This document shows, in pieces, positions 1 through 10,151 of a stretch of DNA of 17,156 bases. The stretch spans positions 1 to 17,156 of the forward strand of contig CBDFJH010000001.1 of assembly GCA_965248435.1 (NCBI GenBank), in the 5' to 3' direction. The notes below the pieces were generated by a model, which saw nothing but the letters and a program-made list of their open reading frames with translations, was not told where the DNA came from and did no database searches. This DNA comes from Candidatus Latescibacterota bacterium (GTDB lineage: Bacteria; Latescibacterota; UBA2968; GCA-2709665). The number at the start of each line of letters is the position of its first letter. Position 1 is the first letter of the stretch. The position numbers were made by a program, and so were the translations under genes.

Positions 1-2
1 TC

Positions 3-476
3 TATTATGGTTTAACCAAGTGTCCCGTTCATGCCGAAGTTCGTGTGCAAGAAGATCAAGTGTGGATAATTGAAGTCGCTGCACGATCAATCGGTGGAGA
101 TTGTGCGCGTCTTTTCGAACTGGCTACGAATTCGCCACTGGAAGATTACGTTCTGTGCAGGATATCCGGAAAAGAGGTAAAAGCAATCCACTTCGAGGAA
201 GCCGCCGGTGTACTAATGATTCCGGTAACATCAAGTGGAATCCTCAGACGAGTTGAAGGAGTTACGGCAGCACAGTCGGTAGAAAACATACTGGAAGTTC
301 GAATCGATGTTCGAGAAGGGCACCGGTTGACTCCTTGGCCAGAAGGCGACAAATATTCAGGCTTCATTTATTCAAGAGCACGGTCGCCTGAATTAGTAGA
401 AGCATCTTTGCGAAAATCGCTGTCCTGTTTGAAATTCGTGTGTATGCCGGATTTTCCGGTTACCATAAGCGGTTAG
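3..476 (+). CDS. ATP-grasp domain protein, 3' part (5'-truncated by the window edge)
   Basis: The frame is open from base 3 (YYGLTKCPVHAEVRVQEDQVWIIEVAARSIGGDC...). The HAE-x-R...IEVAAR-x-GG motif is typical of the ATP-grasp C-terminal domain. Stop is TAG at 474-476. Confidence 0.75.
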   Translation, partial: YYGLTKCPVHAEVRVQEDQVWIIEVAARSIGGDCARLFELATNSPLEDYVLCRISGKEVKAIHFEEAAGVLMIPVTSSGILRRVEGVTAAQSVENILEVRIDVREGHRLTPWPEGDKYSGFIYSRARSPELVEASLRKSLSCLKFVCMPDFPVTISG

Positions 477-506
477 AATAACGGTTAATACTGCTTATAC
501 AGTATA

Positions 507-848
507 TTGAGAATATTGAATTTATCAGGGTACAGTTCTTTGGAAAATCGTGGACGACTTCAGACGATTATCGCAGCCATGCTACTCTGTATACCGTTAT
601 GGTTAGCGTGCCGGTGGATTCGAGTATCGTCGGAACATCTTGGTTGGTCGGAAAAGGTTGCGGAATTCAGTCATGGAGTCCCGGAAATTCTCATTCGAAC
701 GGAAGTTTCGCTGTTACTTTCTTTGTCAGCCTTCCTGGTCGGAGCACTGGCGATCAGAAATACCAAAGCGTTATGGAAAGCGATTGCAGTTTCAGAATCC
801 ATTGTTTCGCTACTGTTATCTTTGTGGTATGCATGGACATTTTTATAG
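507..848 (+). CDS. Small hypothetical membrane protein (about 3 hydrophobic segments)
   Basis: 113-aa ORF co-oriented with the upstream gene. Hydrophobic stretches are TIIAAMLLCIPLWLAC, VSLLLSLSAFLVGALAI and IVSLLLSLWYAWTFL. The TTG start is uncertain. Confidence 0.5.
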   Translation: MRILNLSGYSSLENRGRLQTIIAAMLLCIPLWLACRWIRVSSEHLGWSEKVAEFSHGVPEILIRTEVSLLLSLSAFLVGALAIRNTKALWKAIAVSESIVSLLLSLWYAWTFL

Positions 849-961
849 GTCAAGTCACCTGACTTTACCATTTTTAACGCAGTTGTCAAGGAAGAGTGGA
901 GCCCTAAGGATGAGAAGCGCAATTTTCTAACATCGAAACGAATCAAATTTTGACATTTCAT

Positions 962-990
962 TTGACGAATTCAACGGTCAAACGTATCAT
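962..990 (+). promoter_or_regulatory. Sigma70-type promoter of tRNA-Asn
   Basis: TTGACG (962-967), 17-nt spacer, TATCAT (985-990), 10 nt upstream of the tRNA 5' end. Confidence 0.7.
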
Positions 991-1000
991 TTACCCTTCT

Positions 1001-1076
1001 TCCCCGGTAGCTCAGCTGGCAGAGCGAGTGGCTGTTAACCACCAGGTCGGCGGTTCGATCCCGTCCCGGGGAGCCA
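1001..1076 (+). tRNA. tRNA-Asn (anticodon GTT)
   Basis: 76 nt. Acceptor stem TCCCCGG/CCGGGGA, D arm GCTCAGCTGGCAGAGC, anticodon loop CTGTTAA (GTT at 1034-1036), T loop GTTCGATC, encoded 3' CCA. Confidence 0.97.
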
Positions 1077-1118
1077 TCTCCTGTCGGCGGTTTGAAATCC
1101 GCCCAGAGCTTAACTCAA

Positions 1119-1158
1119 GACCTCGCGGCGTGATGCTTGCGGGGTCCTTCTATTTGTT
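1119..1158 (+). terminator. Putative intrinsic terminator downstream of tRNA-Asn
   Basis: GC-rich hairpin GACCTCGCGG...TTGCGGGGTC (1119-1146, with G-U pairs) followed by pyrimidine/T-rich CTTCTATTTGTT. Confidence 0.5.
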
Positions 1159-1467
1159 CCTAATTCTTCAAAGATTTACGCTGTTCAGTACATTTGTCTC
1201 GATTCTCCAATTCGTCTCGGAGCGGTACCGGTGCGAGTGCAGTTTGGGGTATCGTGCGCACGCTCCGCGGCTGTCGCCTCCAAATTCTCCCATTCTCCGT
1301 TCTTCGGAATCGCTCTGTTTAACGGCCCGATTGCAACGGACGGCCTTGATCGTGGTCTTCAACGGATACATACCGGCACGTCGGCGAAAGTGCCGGGGCG
1401 GAATGGAGAGTGCGGATCGTTGGTCCGGCTCCCTACGGTTGCATTCAGACGGCGCTCACGAATCCAA

Positions 1468-1497
1468 TTGACATTCTGGCGCAATTTCACCTATTTT
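1468..1497 (+). promoter_or_regulatory. Putative sigma70 promoter for the HTH / R-M operon
   Basis: Perfect -35 TTGACA (1468-1473), 18-nt spacer, TATTTT (1492-1497), about 95 nt upstream of the HTH gene. Confidence 0.4.
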
Positions 1498-1592
1498 AAG
1501 CTTGTTTCTCCGAATATGTACCAGTCACGTGTCGCCAACGCGGACTCCCTCGTCGGAACGGCTCGACTGGGTTCACGAGGATGCCCAGAGCA

Positions 1593-1793
1593 ATGATGGA
1601 AGATCGGTGGTTCTCCGTAGACGAGATTGCAGCCTACCTCGGGATCAAGCGGGACACGGTCTACAAGTGGATCGCAGAAAAGCAGATGCCAGCACACCGG
1701 ATGGGGCGTCTCTGGAAATTTCGCAAGGAGGAAGTCGACGAATGGGTGAGATCAGGAGGAGCCGATGAGACCAGGGATCAAGGACATGAGTGA
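1593..1793 (+). CDS. Excisionase-like helix-turn-helix DNA-binding protein (HTH_17 type)
   Basis: MEDRWFSVDEIAAYLGIKRDTVYKWIAEKQMPAHRMGRLWKFRKEEVDEWV is a classic excisionase-family winged HTH, commonly found ahead of type I R-M operons on islands. The start could be ATG 1581, 1593 or 1596. Confidence 0.88.
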   Translation: MMEDRWFSVDEIAAYLGIKRDTVYKWIAEKQMPAHRMGRLWKFRKEEVDEWVRSGGADETRDQGHE

Positions 1794-1917
1794 TAGCAGA
1801 ACCCCTTGCGGGCCCCGTCGCGCGAACGAACAGGCGGACCGGGACGCCGGTTCTTGTCCGAGGTCAGTTTCTCGCTGCGCGCTGAGTTTGAGAGTCTGAG
1901 GCGGAGGATACACACCG

Positions 1918-3946
1918 TTGGAACACATCGGAGAGATCGAGAAACGGCTCTGGTCCAGCGCGGATAACCTGCGGGCCAATTCCAACTTCGCCAGCAACGA
2001 GTACTTCCTCCCTGTCATGGGGCTGATCTTCCTTCGGCACGCGTACAGTCGTTTCCTCAAGGTCAAGGACGAGGTCGAATCGGCGCTGCCGCAGCGAAGT
2101 GGGAAGGTCCGCGCGCTCACCAAGGAAGACTTCTCCCAGAAAGGGTCGATCTTTCTGCACCCGGAAGCACAGTTCGATCATCTCGTCTCTTTGCCGGACA
2201 GTGCTGACCGAGCCCAGGCGATCATCGACGCCATGGAACGGATCGAAAAGGACTATGAGACCCTGCGCGGCGCCTTGCCGAAAGCCGAGTATCAAGAACT
2301 TGATAACGACGTCCTCGGGCAAATCCTGCACACCTTCAACGACCCAGCACTCAAGCGCGCCAATGGAGACATTTTCGGTCGTATCTACGAGTACTTCCTG
2401 ACGCAGTTCGCTGATCAGAAAGCCCACGACGGCGGGGAGTTCTTCACACCGGTCTCGCTCGTCCAAATGATCGTCAACGTGATCGAGCCTGAATATGGCA
2501 GGGTGCTCGACCCCGCCTGCGGTTCGGGCGGTATGTTCGTGCAGAGCGCGCACTTCATCGAACGGATGCACCGGAACCCGACCGAACGGGCCACTTTCTA
2601 CGACATGGAAAAGAACCCGACGACCATCCGGATCGCCAATATGAATCTCGCCGTGCACGGCCTGGAAGGTAACATCCAGAAGGCCATCACCTACTACGAA
2701 GATCCCCACGAGCTCTTCGGCAAGTGCGATTTCGTGATGGCCAATCCGCCCTTCAACGTCGACGAGGTGGACGCGGAGAAGGTGAAGAACGACCCGCGCT
2801 TGCCCTATGCTCTCCCGGGCGTGAACAAGAAGGGCAAAGTCTCCAACGGCAACTACCTCTGGATTTCGTATTTCGACAGCTACCTGGACGGCAAGGGTCG
2901 GGCCGGGTTCGTCATGTCCTCGCAGGCTTCGTCCGCGGGCGGCCAAGAAGCGAAGGTCCGAAAGAATTTGATCGAAGCGGGTCACGTGGACGTGATGATG
3001 GCGATCCGCTCCGGTTTCTTCTACACGCGCACGGTGCCGTGCGAGTTCTGGTTCCTCGACAAGGACAAGCCCCAAGAACGGCTCGATAAAGGTGCTGATG
3101 ATTGACGCGCGCAACGTCTACCGGAAGGTGACGCGCAAGATCTACGACTTCACACCCGAACAACAGAAGAATCTGTCGGCAATCGTCTGGCTCTATCGGG
3201 GTCACGCTGATCGCTTTGTCGAGCTGGTGGTCGACTACCTTGAGCGCATGATCGAGGCGATGGGCCACGCAATAGCGCCGCTCCGCAGGCTCTCTGCGGC
3301 CCTCGCTGAAGCAATTGCGGCCCGTGCACGTGACGGACTGTCGGACGACCTGGCTGAGCGCATCGATGAACTCAAGACTACGGAGGCAACTTTTGGGGAA
3401 GACGTGGAGCGCTTTGAGGCCATGGTTCAGGAGATTTCCAATGCCTGGCAACCACCGAGTCGGGACAATGAGTCGCTCAAGGACTTCGCCGAGCGGGCGG
3501 AGCCACTGGCAGACGTGAGCCGGGATCTGATTCGGCAAGCGGATCATCTGTACAATCTACTGTCACGCCTTGCCGAAGCGACCAAGAAGAACGACCGCGG
3601 GAGCCCGCTCAGGCCGCTCGACCAAGCGCGGAAAGAAGCGGTCGAGCATCTCAAATCGTGGCGCTATTTCCGGCGGCAGGCGCACTGGTTGCAGCAGCGG
3701 TTTCCAAGCGCGGAGCTTCGTGATGTCGAGGGGCTGGTGAAGCTGGTTGACCTGAAGGAGCTGGAGGAGAACGACTGGAGCCTGTCACCGGGACGCTACG
3801 TCGGAGTCGCTCCCGAAGAGGAAGATGAAGACTTCGACTTCGAAGAAACGATTCGTGAAATCCATACGGAACTCGATGAACTCAATGCCGACGCAGCACA
3901 TCTGGCAGCAACGATGAAGAGAAACTTCGAGGAGTTGGCGATATGA
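1918..3946 (+). pseudogene. hsdM: Type I R-M methyltransferase subunit M, split by a +1 frameshift at ~3088-3090
   Basis: N-terminal EKRLWSSADNLR, GEFFTP, motif I VLDPACGSGGMF, motif IV ANPPF, C-terminal WSLSPGRYVG. ORFs 1918-3105 and 3092-3946 join as LDKVLMIDAR if one A is removed from GATAAAGGTG, giving ~675 aa. GGAGG RBS at 1903-1907. Confidence 0.92.
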
Positions 3947-5163
3947 GCTGGCAAGAGATCAGCCTCGCTGGCGTCAGTGAGTCCGTTAGCTATGGTTACA
4001 CCGCGTCTGCCTCGGAAGACCCAATTGGACCAAAGTTCCTTCGCATAACGGACATTGTGCCAGAGTGTCTAGATTGGGGTTCCGTACCCTACTGCGAAGC
4101 AAGCGAAAAGGATCAAAATCGCTTCTCGCTGGAAGTTGGCGACATCGTTGTTGCACGGACTGGTGCAACAGTTGGCTATGCGAAGCAAATCCGCGATCCC
4201 GAAAGTGCCGTTTTTGCGTCCTACTTGGTCCGTTTCAGAGTCGATAGTGAACTGGCGGACCCCTACTTCGTTGGTCGTCTCGTCGAATCGACGACCTACA
4301 AGAGATACGTCAAGTCTCAAGTCGGCGGAGCTGCCCAGCCGAATGCGATCGCGAAGGTCTTGGGCCGCTTTGTATTCAGATTGCCCCCTCGGTCGATCCA
4401 ACAGCGTATAGCTTCCGTCCTCTCCGCCTACGACGACCTGATCGAAAACAATCGGCAGCGGATCGCGTTGCTGGAGCGGGCGGGGCGAGAGCTCTATCGC
4501 GGGTGGTTTGTGCGTCTGCGGTTTCCCGGCCATGAGCACACGAATATCTTCGATGGCGTTCCAGAGGGGTGGGAGAGGAAGACTCTGGGTGATGTGCTTT
4601 CGAGCCTAGAGTCAGGTGGGCGTCCCAAGGGCGGAGCTCAGGAAGAGGGTATACCTTCAATCGGCGCGGAAAATGTCACTGGCATCGGCCAGTATGACTT
4701 CACCAAAGAGAAATATGTTCCAGAAGAGTACTTTGATGCCATGCGGAAGGGCGTTCTGGGAAGCCGAGATGTCGTGGTCTATAAGGATGGAGCCAATATC
4801 GGACGGTCATCGTATTTCGGCGACGGCTTTCCGCATGAGAAGTGCGCCGTAAATGAGCACGTTTTCATTCTTCGGGTATTGCCGGAGGTGGGACAGAATC
4901 TCCTCTACTTTTGGGTTGCGGAGGACGAAACACGCCAGCGCATAGCTAATCTCAATGCCAACACAACCCAACCGGGAGTAAGCCAAGGCAAGCTCAAGAC
5001 CTTGGGTCTTGTCCAGACGCCAAATGTGATCGCAGGTCAATTCAATGAGGATTTTGAGCCGTTCGTCCGGCAGATTTTCCTGCTCGCACAGGCGAACCAA
5101 CGACTCACCGAAGCCCGCGATTTGCTGCTGCCACGCCTGATGTCCGGGGAGGTGGCAGTGTGA
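3943..5163 (+). CDS. hsdS: Type I R-M specificity subunit S (two TRDs)
   Basis: Intact 406-aa ORF. Central conserved region QQRIASVLSAYDDLIENN...WFVRLRFPGHE...GVPEGWE and C-terminal ARDLLLPRLMSGEV. ATGA overlap with the hsdM stop. Confidence 0.95.
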   Translation: MSWQEISLAGVSESVSYGYTASASEDPIGPKFLRITDIVPECLDWGSVPYCEASEKDQNRFSLEVGDIVVARTGATVGYAKQIRDPESAVFASYLVRFRVDSELADPYFVGRLVESTTYKRYVKSQVGGAAQPNAIAKVLGRFVFRLPPRSIQQRIASVLSAYDDLIENNRQRIALLERAGRELYRGWFVRLRFPGHEHTNIFDGVPEGWERKTLGDVLSSLESGGRPKGGAQEEGIPSIGAENVTGIGQYDFTKEKYVPEEYFDAMRKGVLGSRDVVVYKDGANIGRSSYFGDGFPHEKCAVNEHVFILRVLPEVGQNLLYFWVAEDETRQRIANLNANTTQPGVSQGKLKTLGLVQTPNVIAGQFNEDFEPFVRQIFLLAQANQRLTEARDLLLPRLMSGEVAV

Positions 5164-6582
5164 ACCAAGGGACCCTCTCCGACCTGCTCGCCCTTGGCGA
5201 AGGCTTCACGACCGAATTCAAGCGCTCCGGCACGGCCGGACTCGGACGGGAGGTATGCGCCTTCGCCAACGCCACCGGCGGAACGATTCTGCTGGGGGTG
5301 GCGGATGACGGAGAAGTATGCGGGGTTGGCAGCCACAATCGCCTGAAATCGGAAGTCCAGTCCATCGCCCGCTCCGCCGATCCCCCCGATTGCGGTGGAA
5401 ATCGAGAGCGCCGGCCAGGTGCTCTGTGTGCGAGTACCTGCCCAGCAGAGCAAGCCCTACTCGTTCGGAGGCAAGTTCTTCATCCGTGAGGGCGCGAGCA
5501 ACCAGCAGATGTCACGCGAGGAGATCCGCGAGTTTTTCTCCAAGGATGGGCTCATCAGATTCGATGAGACACCATGCCGAATCTTCGATTTGGAGCGGGA
5601 TCTGACGGAGGAGAATTGGGAGCGGTTCGCTCAACGGGCAGGGCTTCCCGAAAACTTGGAGCCGGTTGCGACGCTGGAGAACCTACATTTGGCCAAGGCG
5701 GGAGAAATGACGCACGCCGGTGCATGGCTGCTCGCCACCGACGTCACGCGCTACACCCTGCGGGCCGGGGTGACCTGCGCGGTGCTTCGGGGCGTGACCA
5801 AAACCCACATCCTCGACCGGAAGGAGTTTACCGGCGATCTCTATTCCACGTTTGAGGACTGCATGGTGTATCTGCAGGCCAAGCTCAACACGGCCTTGAT
5901 ACCCCATGCACGGGGAAGGGACGAACAGCTCGAGCTCCCTGAAGATGCCTTGCGGGAGGCGCTGGTCAATGCCATCGCCCATCGGGACTACCAGTCCACG
6001 GCGAACGTCCAGGTCTACGTCTTCCGTAACCGTTTGGAGATTGTGACGCCGGAGGGCCTGCCGGCAGGGATGCGTGAAGAAGATTTGGGCACGAAGAGCG
6101 TCCTTCGAAATCCACTCCTGTTCGGGATGTTCTACCGCATGGGGTTGGCCGAGCAGATCGGCAGCGGCATCCGACGCATCCGCCAGTTGTGCCGCGACTA
6201 CGAAGTCGCCGAGCCGCTGATCGATGTCTCCGATAATTGGGTGACGACGACGTTCGCGCGACCGGTTGAACATGCCGCAGACCGGGGGACCCGGCATGCC
6301 ACCCCCCAAGTACCCCCTAAGCGCCCCCCACGTACACCCGAAGTCACACCCAAAGTATCGAGGCTGCTTCGGGTCATCAGCGGAGCGATGGAACGCCAGT
6401 CCCTGCAAGAGGCCCTTGGGCTCAAGGCAGAAAAGAACTTCCGTCTACTCTATCTGCGTCCGGCCATCGAAGCAGGGTGGCTGGAAATGACCGTCCCTGA
6501 CCGACCCCGCAGCAGCAACCAAAAGTATCGCCTCACGGAAAGAGGCCGGGCGCTGCAGGATCAACTGAGGCGGACGCAATGA
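5160..6582 (+). pseudogene. AlbA_2 (Schlafen-like) DNA-binding / HATPase_c_4 regulator with C-terminal winged HTH, +1 frameshift in a C6 run at 5382-5387
   Basis: GEGFTTEFK...CAFANATGGTILLGVADDG (AlbA_2), ALREALVNAIAHRDY and EQIGSGIRRI (HATPase_c_4-like), YLRPAIEAGWLEMTVPDRPRSSNQKYRLTERG (Fic-like C-terminal HTH). Removing one C restores DPPIAVEIES, giving ~473 aa. Confidence 0.85.
6301..6357 (+). repeat. Degenerate ACCCCCCAAGT-type tandem repeat encoding a TPQV/TPEV linker
   Basis: Units ACCCCCCAAGT, ACCCCCTAAGC, GCCCCCCACGT, ACACCCGAAGTC, ACACCCAAAGTA lie in the linker before the C-terminal HTH. Confidence 0.55.
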
Positions 6583-9500
6583 GTTTTTCGCCCTATACCG
6601 AAGACACCCTCGTCCAGCAGACCACCGCCGACTACCTCGAACGGCAGCTGGGTTGGGAATCGGTCTTTGCTTACAACACCGAGACTTTCGGGCCGGAGGG
6701 GACATTCGGGCGGGCGAATGATGGCGAGGTTGTACTCATCCGCTATCTCCGCAGGGCGCTCGAAATCTACAACCCCGGCCTGCCTGACGGAGCCTACGAG
6801 AACGCGATCCGCGAAGTCGTCCAGGTGAGCGCGGCGCAATCGACTCTGCAGACAAACCTCGAAAAGTATGACCTGCTCCGCAACGGCGTGAAGGTGACCT
6901 ACCGAGACCCGCGCGGGGGCATGGAAACCCGGACGTTGTGTGTCTTCGACTTCGACAACGCTGAGAACAATCACTTCCTCGTCGTGCGTGAGCTCTGGAT
7001 CAAGGGACCGCTATACCGCCGCCGAGCCGATATCGTCGGTTTCGTCAACGGCTTGCCGCTCTTGTTCATGGATCTGAAGAACATCCACCGGAACGTCCGC
7101 CGTGCCTATGAGGAAAATCTCGCCGACTACAAAGACACCATTGCCCACATCTTTCATCACAACGCTTTCGTAGTTCTGGGCAACGGTGTCGATGCTCGAC
7201 TCGGCAGCTATTCGGCCTCGTTCGAGTTCTTCCGCGAGTGGAGGCGCCTTGACGAGGACGAGCCCGGCGTCGTCGACATGGAGACGCTTCTCAAGGGCGT
7301 TTTCACGAAATCTACGTTCCTCGATCTCTTTGAAAACTTCGTTCTCTTCGACGACAGCGGCGAAAGGCTGATCAAGATCGTCGCTCAGAACCAGCAATAT
7401 CTCGGCGTGAACCGGGCGATCCGATCGGTCGATGCACGTCACGAAGCAGCGGGCAAGCTCGGCGTCTACTGGCACACACAGGGGGCGGGCAAATCGTATT
7501 CCATGGTGTTCTTCAGCCGGAAGGTCCACCGCAAGTTCGGCGGCAATTTCACGTTCCTGGTGCTGTGCGACCGTGACGATCTCGACAATCAGATCTACCG
7601 GACGTACGCCGGCTGTGGCATCGTCGGCGAACACGAAGATGCGCGGGCCGACAGCGGCAAGCACCTGAAGCGTCTACTCGGAGAGCACAAGGCTTATGTG
7701 TTCTCCCTCATTCAGAAATTCAACGAGGATGTCCTGCCGGACGAGCCGTACTCGGACCGGGACGACATCATCATCGTCGTCGACGAGGCCCACCGGACGC
7801 AATACGGCCGCCTCGCGCTCAACCAGCGTAACGCGCTCCCGAACGCCCTCTATATCGCCTTCACCGGCACTCTCTTGATGAAGGACGATGAGAGATCACC
7901 CGACGGGTGTTCGGCGAATATGTGTCCAGGTACGGGTTCCAGCGTGCGGTGGAGGACGGCGCGACAGTGCCTCTGTTCTACGACGCGCGGGGTGAGAAGC
8001 TCGGCATCGCCACCGACGGGCTCAACGAGAGGACCGCCGAAAAGCTCGAGGAGTTCGAGACGAGCGACATCGATGTCGAACAGCGTCTGAAGCGCGAATT
8101 GCGGCGCGACTACCACATCATCACGGCGCCGGAACGACTCGAAGCCATCGCCGAGGATTTCGTCACGCACTACACGACTGGGTGGGAAAGCGGCAAGGCG
8201 ATGTTCATCGCCATCGACAAGGTCACCGCCGTGAAGATGCACGGCCTGATCACGAAGCGTTGGAATGAGCACGCCGCCAAACTCGAGGGCGAGATCTCCA
8301 GCCTGACCGACAACGAAGAGCGCTTGGCGCTGGAGCGGCAGCTCACCTGGATGAAGGAAACGGAGATCGCAGTCGTTGTGAGCGAGGAACAGGGCGAGGT
8401 CGCCAAGTTCCGCAATTGGGACCTCTATATCGAGCCACACCGAAAGCTCATCAAGGAGGGCTTCGAGACCGCCGACGGAGAGCGGATTGATGTCGAGAGC
8501 ACCTTCAAGAAGGACAGGCATCCATTCCGCGTCGCCATCGTCTGTGCGGTGTGGCTCACCGGATTCGACGTGAAGAGCCTTGCCACGCTCCATCTCGACA
8601 AATCGCTCAAGGCGCACACGCTGATGCAAGCCATCGCCCGGGCGAACCGCGTTCATGAGCGTAAGAACAATGGTCTCATCATTGACTATTGCGGCATCCT
8701 GAAGAACCTCCGCAGCGCGCTTGCGACCTTCGCCGGGCACACCGGAGAAGAAGATGGTGGCACGTCCGACCCTCCTGCGAAGCCCCAGGAGGAGCTACTC
8801 GAAGAACTCCTCGAAGCCATCGAAATGGTGCGTTCCTGCCTAGCCGCGAAGAATTTTCGCCTTGATGACATCATCGAGAAGACCGGCTTCGAGCGGAACG
8901 CGGCAATCGTCTCTGCCAAGGAGATCATCAACAAGAACGACGAGACCCGGAAACGCTTCGAGATCATGGCCCGCACCGTATTTCGGAAGTTCAAGGCGTG
9001 TCTGAACATGGCGGGCATTAACGATCATCGCAGGGCTTATGACGCCATCAACATCGTCTACAAGAGCCTGCAAGAAGACCGGGAACAGGCCGATATCTCC
9101 CAAATCATCAAGGGGTTGCATGGAGTAGTCGGCGAGAGCATCAGCATCACAGATGCGGATCGCGTACGGGAGACCCAAGCAACTTATAACATCTCAGCCA
9201 TCGACTTTGAACGGCTGCGCCAGGAGTTTGCGAAAAACCCGCAGCAGAATACGCAGGTACAGAATCTAAAGAACGTCATCGAAAAGCGCCTCGCCGTAAT
9301 GCTCGCGCAAAACCCTCTGAGGACGGATTTCCAGCAGCACTATGAGAACCTGGTCGCGGAATACAACCGGGAAAAAGACCGCGTGACGATTGAGCGAACA
9401 TTCGAGGCGCTGCTGAAGTTCGTTGCTGACCTCGACGAGGAACAGGATCGCGCCGTTACGGAAGGCCTCGACGAGCCGACACTCGCGTTGTTCGACCTAC

Positions 9501-9780
9501 TAAAGAAGAGCGAGCTTACACCGGCTGAGATCAAGCGCATCAAAACAGTTGCGATAGAGCTCCATGCGAAGCTCCAAGCGGAACTCGCGCGCATCCGTGA
9601 CTGGCAGAAGAAGGAAGCAACTCGGGACCGCATAAAGCAAATGATTTTTGACTTTCTCTACAGCGATGAGACAGGGCTACCACTGCCTATTCCGAGGCCG
9701 AGATCACCGTAAAGTCGGAGATGATCTTTGGCCATTTTTTCAACCAGCAGCAACACGGAATGGAGATGGCCTCAGCATGA
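6579..9780 (+). pseudogene. hsdR: Type I R-M restriction subunit R with two frameshifts (~7890-7895 and ~9683)
   Basis: Nuclease region RRADIVGFVNGLPLLFMDLK, Walker A HTQGAGKS, DEAH box, [14 protein letters not shown]. Removing a duplicated GA restores [16 protein letters not shown] 1-nt deletion near 9683 hides the tail [19 protein letters not shown]...ASA* (TGA 9778-9780). Repaired length is ~1066 aa. Confidence 0.92.
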
Positions 9781-10151
9781 TAGCCGCGTGCCTATCTTAG
9801 TCCGTGATTCGATTTTCGCCAGTTATATGCGTCAGTTACGCGGATGTAGTTTGATTACGCAAGGAAACAAATAGATGCGCAGAGTTGCCCTCAACTTCTT
9901 CCCACCAGCAACGGATCAGTTCACGATCACGCTCTACCGCCTCCCGTATATCGAACGTGAGCGGCCCAGAGTCGGAGACGAAGAAGCTGTTCGCAGGCAT
10001 CTCAATGTAGGTGGCAACTACGATCTCTACTGGACATTGTTCCAAAGAAAGGAAGACAGCACTGAGGTGGTATGGGAACCACTCGATGATGTCTATGTGA
10101 CAATAGATGCGCTTAGATTGGCCCTCATCCAGAGCTGTAGGAACAATTTAG

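Noticed and set aside
488-505. Inverted repeat ATACTG-N6-CAGTAT as an SOS box
   Set aside because: The spacing is CTG-N6-CAG rather than the CTG-N10-CAG of the E. coli-type LexA box. It may be another operator, but nothing supports that.
1373-1396. Hairpin CCGGCAC...GTGCCGG in the tRNA-HTH spacer as an ncRNA or terminator
   Set aside because: A 7-bp stem in GC-rich DNA with no U tract and no recognisable RNA family features is plausible by chance.
950-1596. ORFs 950-1471, 1231-1596 and 1168-1371
   Set aside because: They overlap the tRNA, its terminator or the putative promoter region, or have no recognisable motifs. None resembles an integrase.
3080-3105. Programmed ribosomal frameshift in hsdM
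   Set aside because: There is no slippery heptamer or obvious stimulatory structure, and similar lesions in neighbouring genes point to mutation or error.
1864-9633. Long minus-strand ORFs opposite hsdM, hsdS, the AlbA_2 gene and hsdR (e.g. 1864-3114, 5683-6408, 7011-7664, 7850-8740)
   Set aside because: These are antisense shadows of GC-rich, codon-biased genes and contain no domain motifs.
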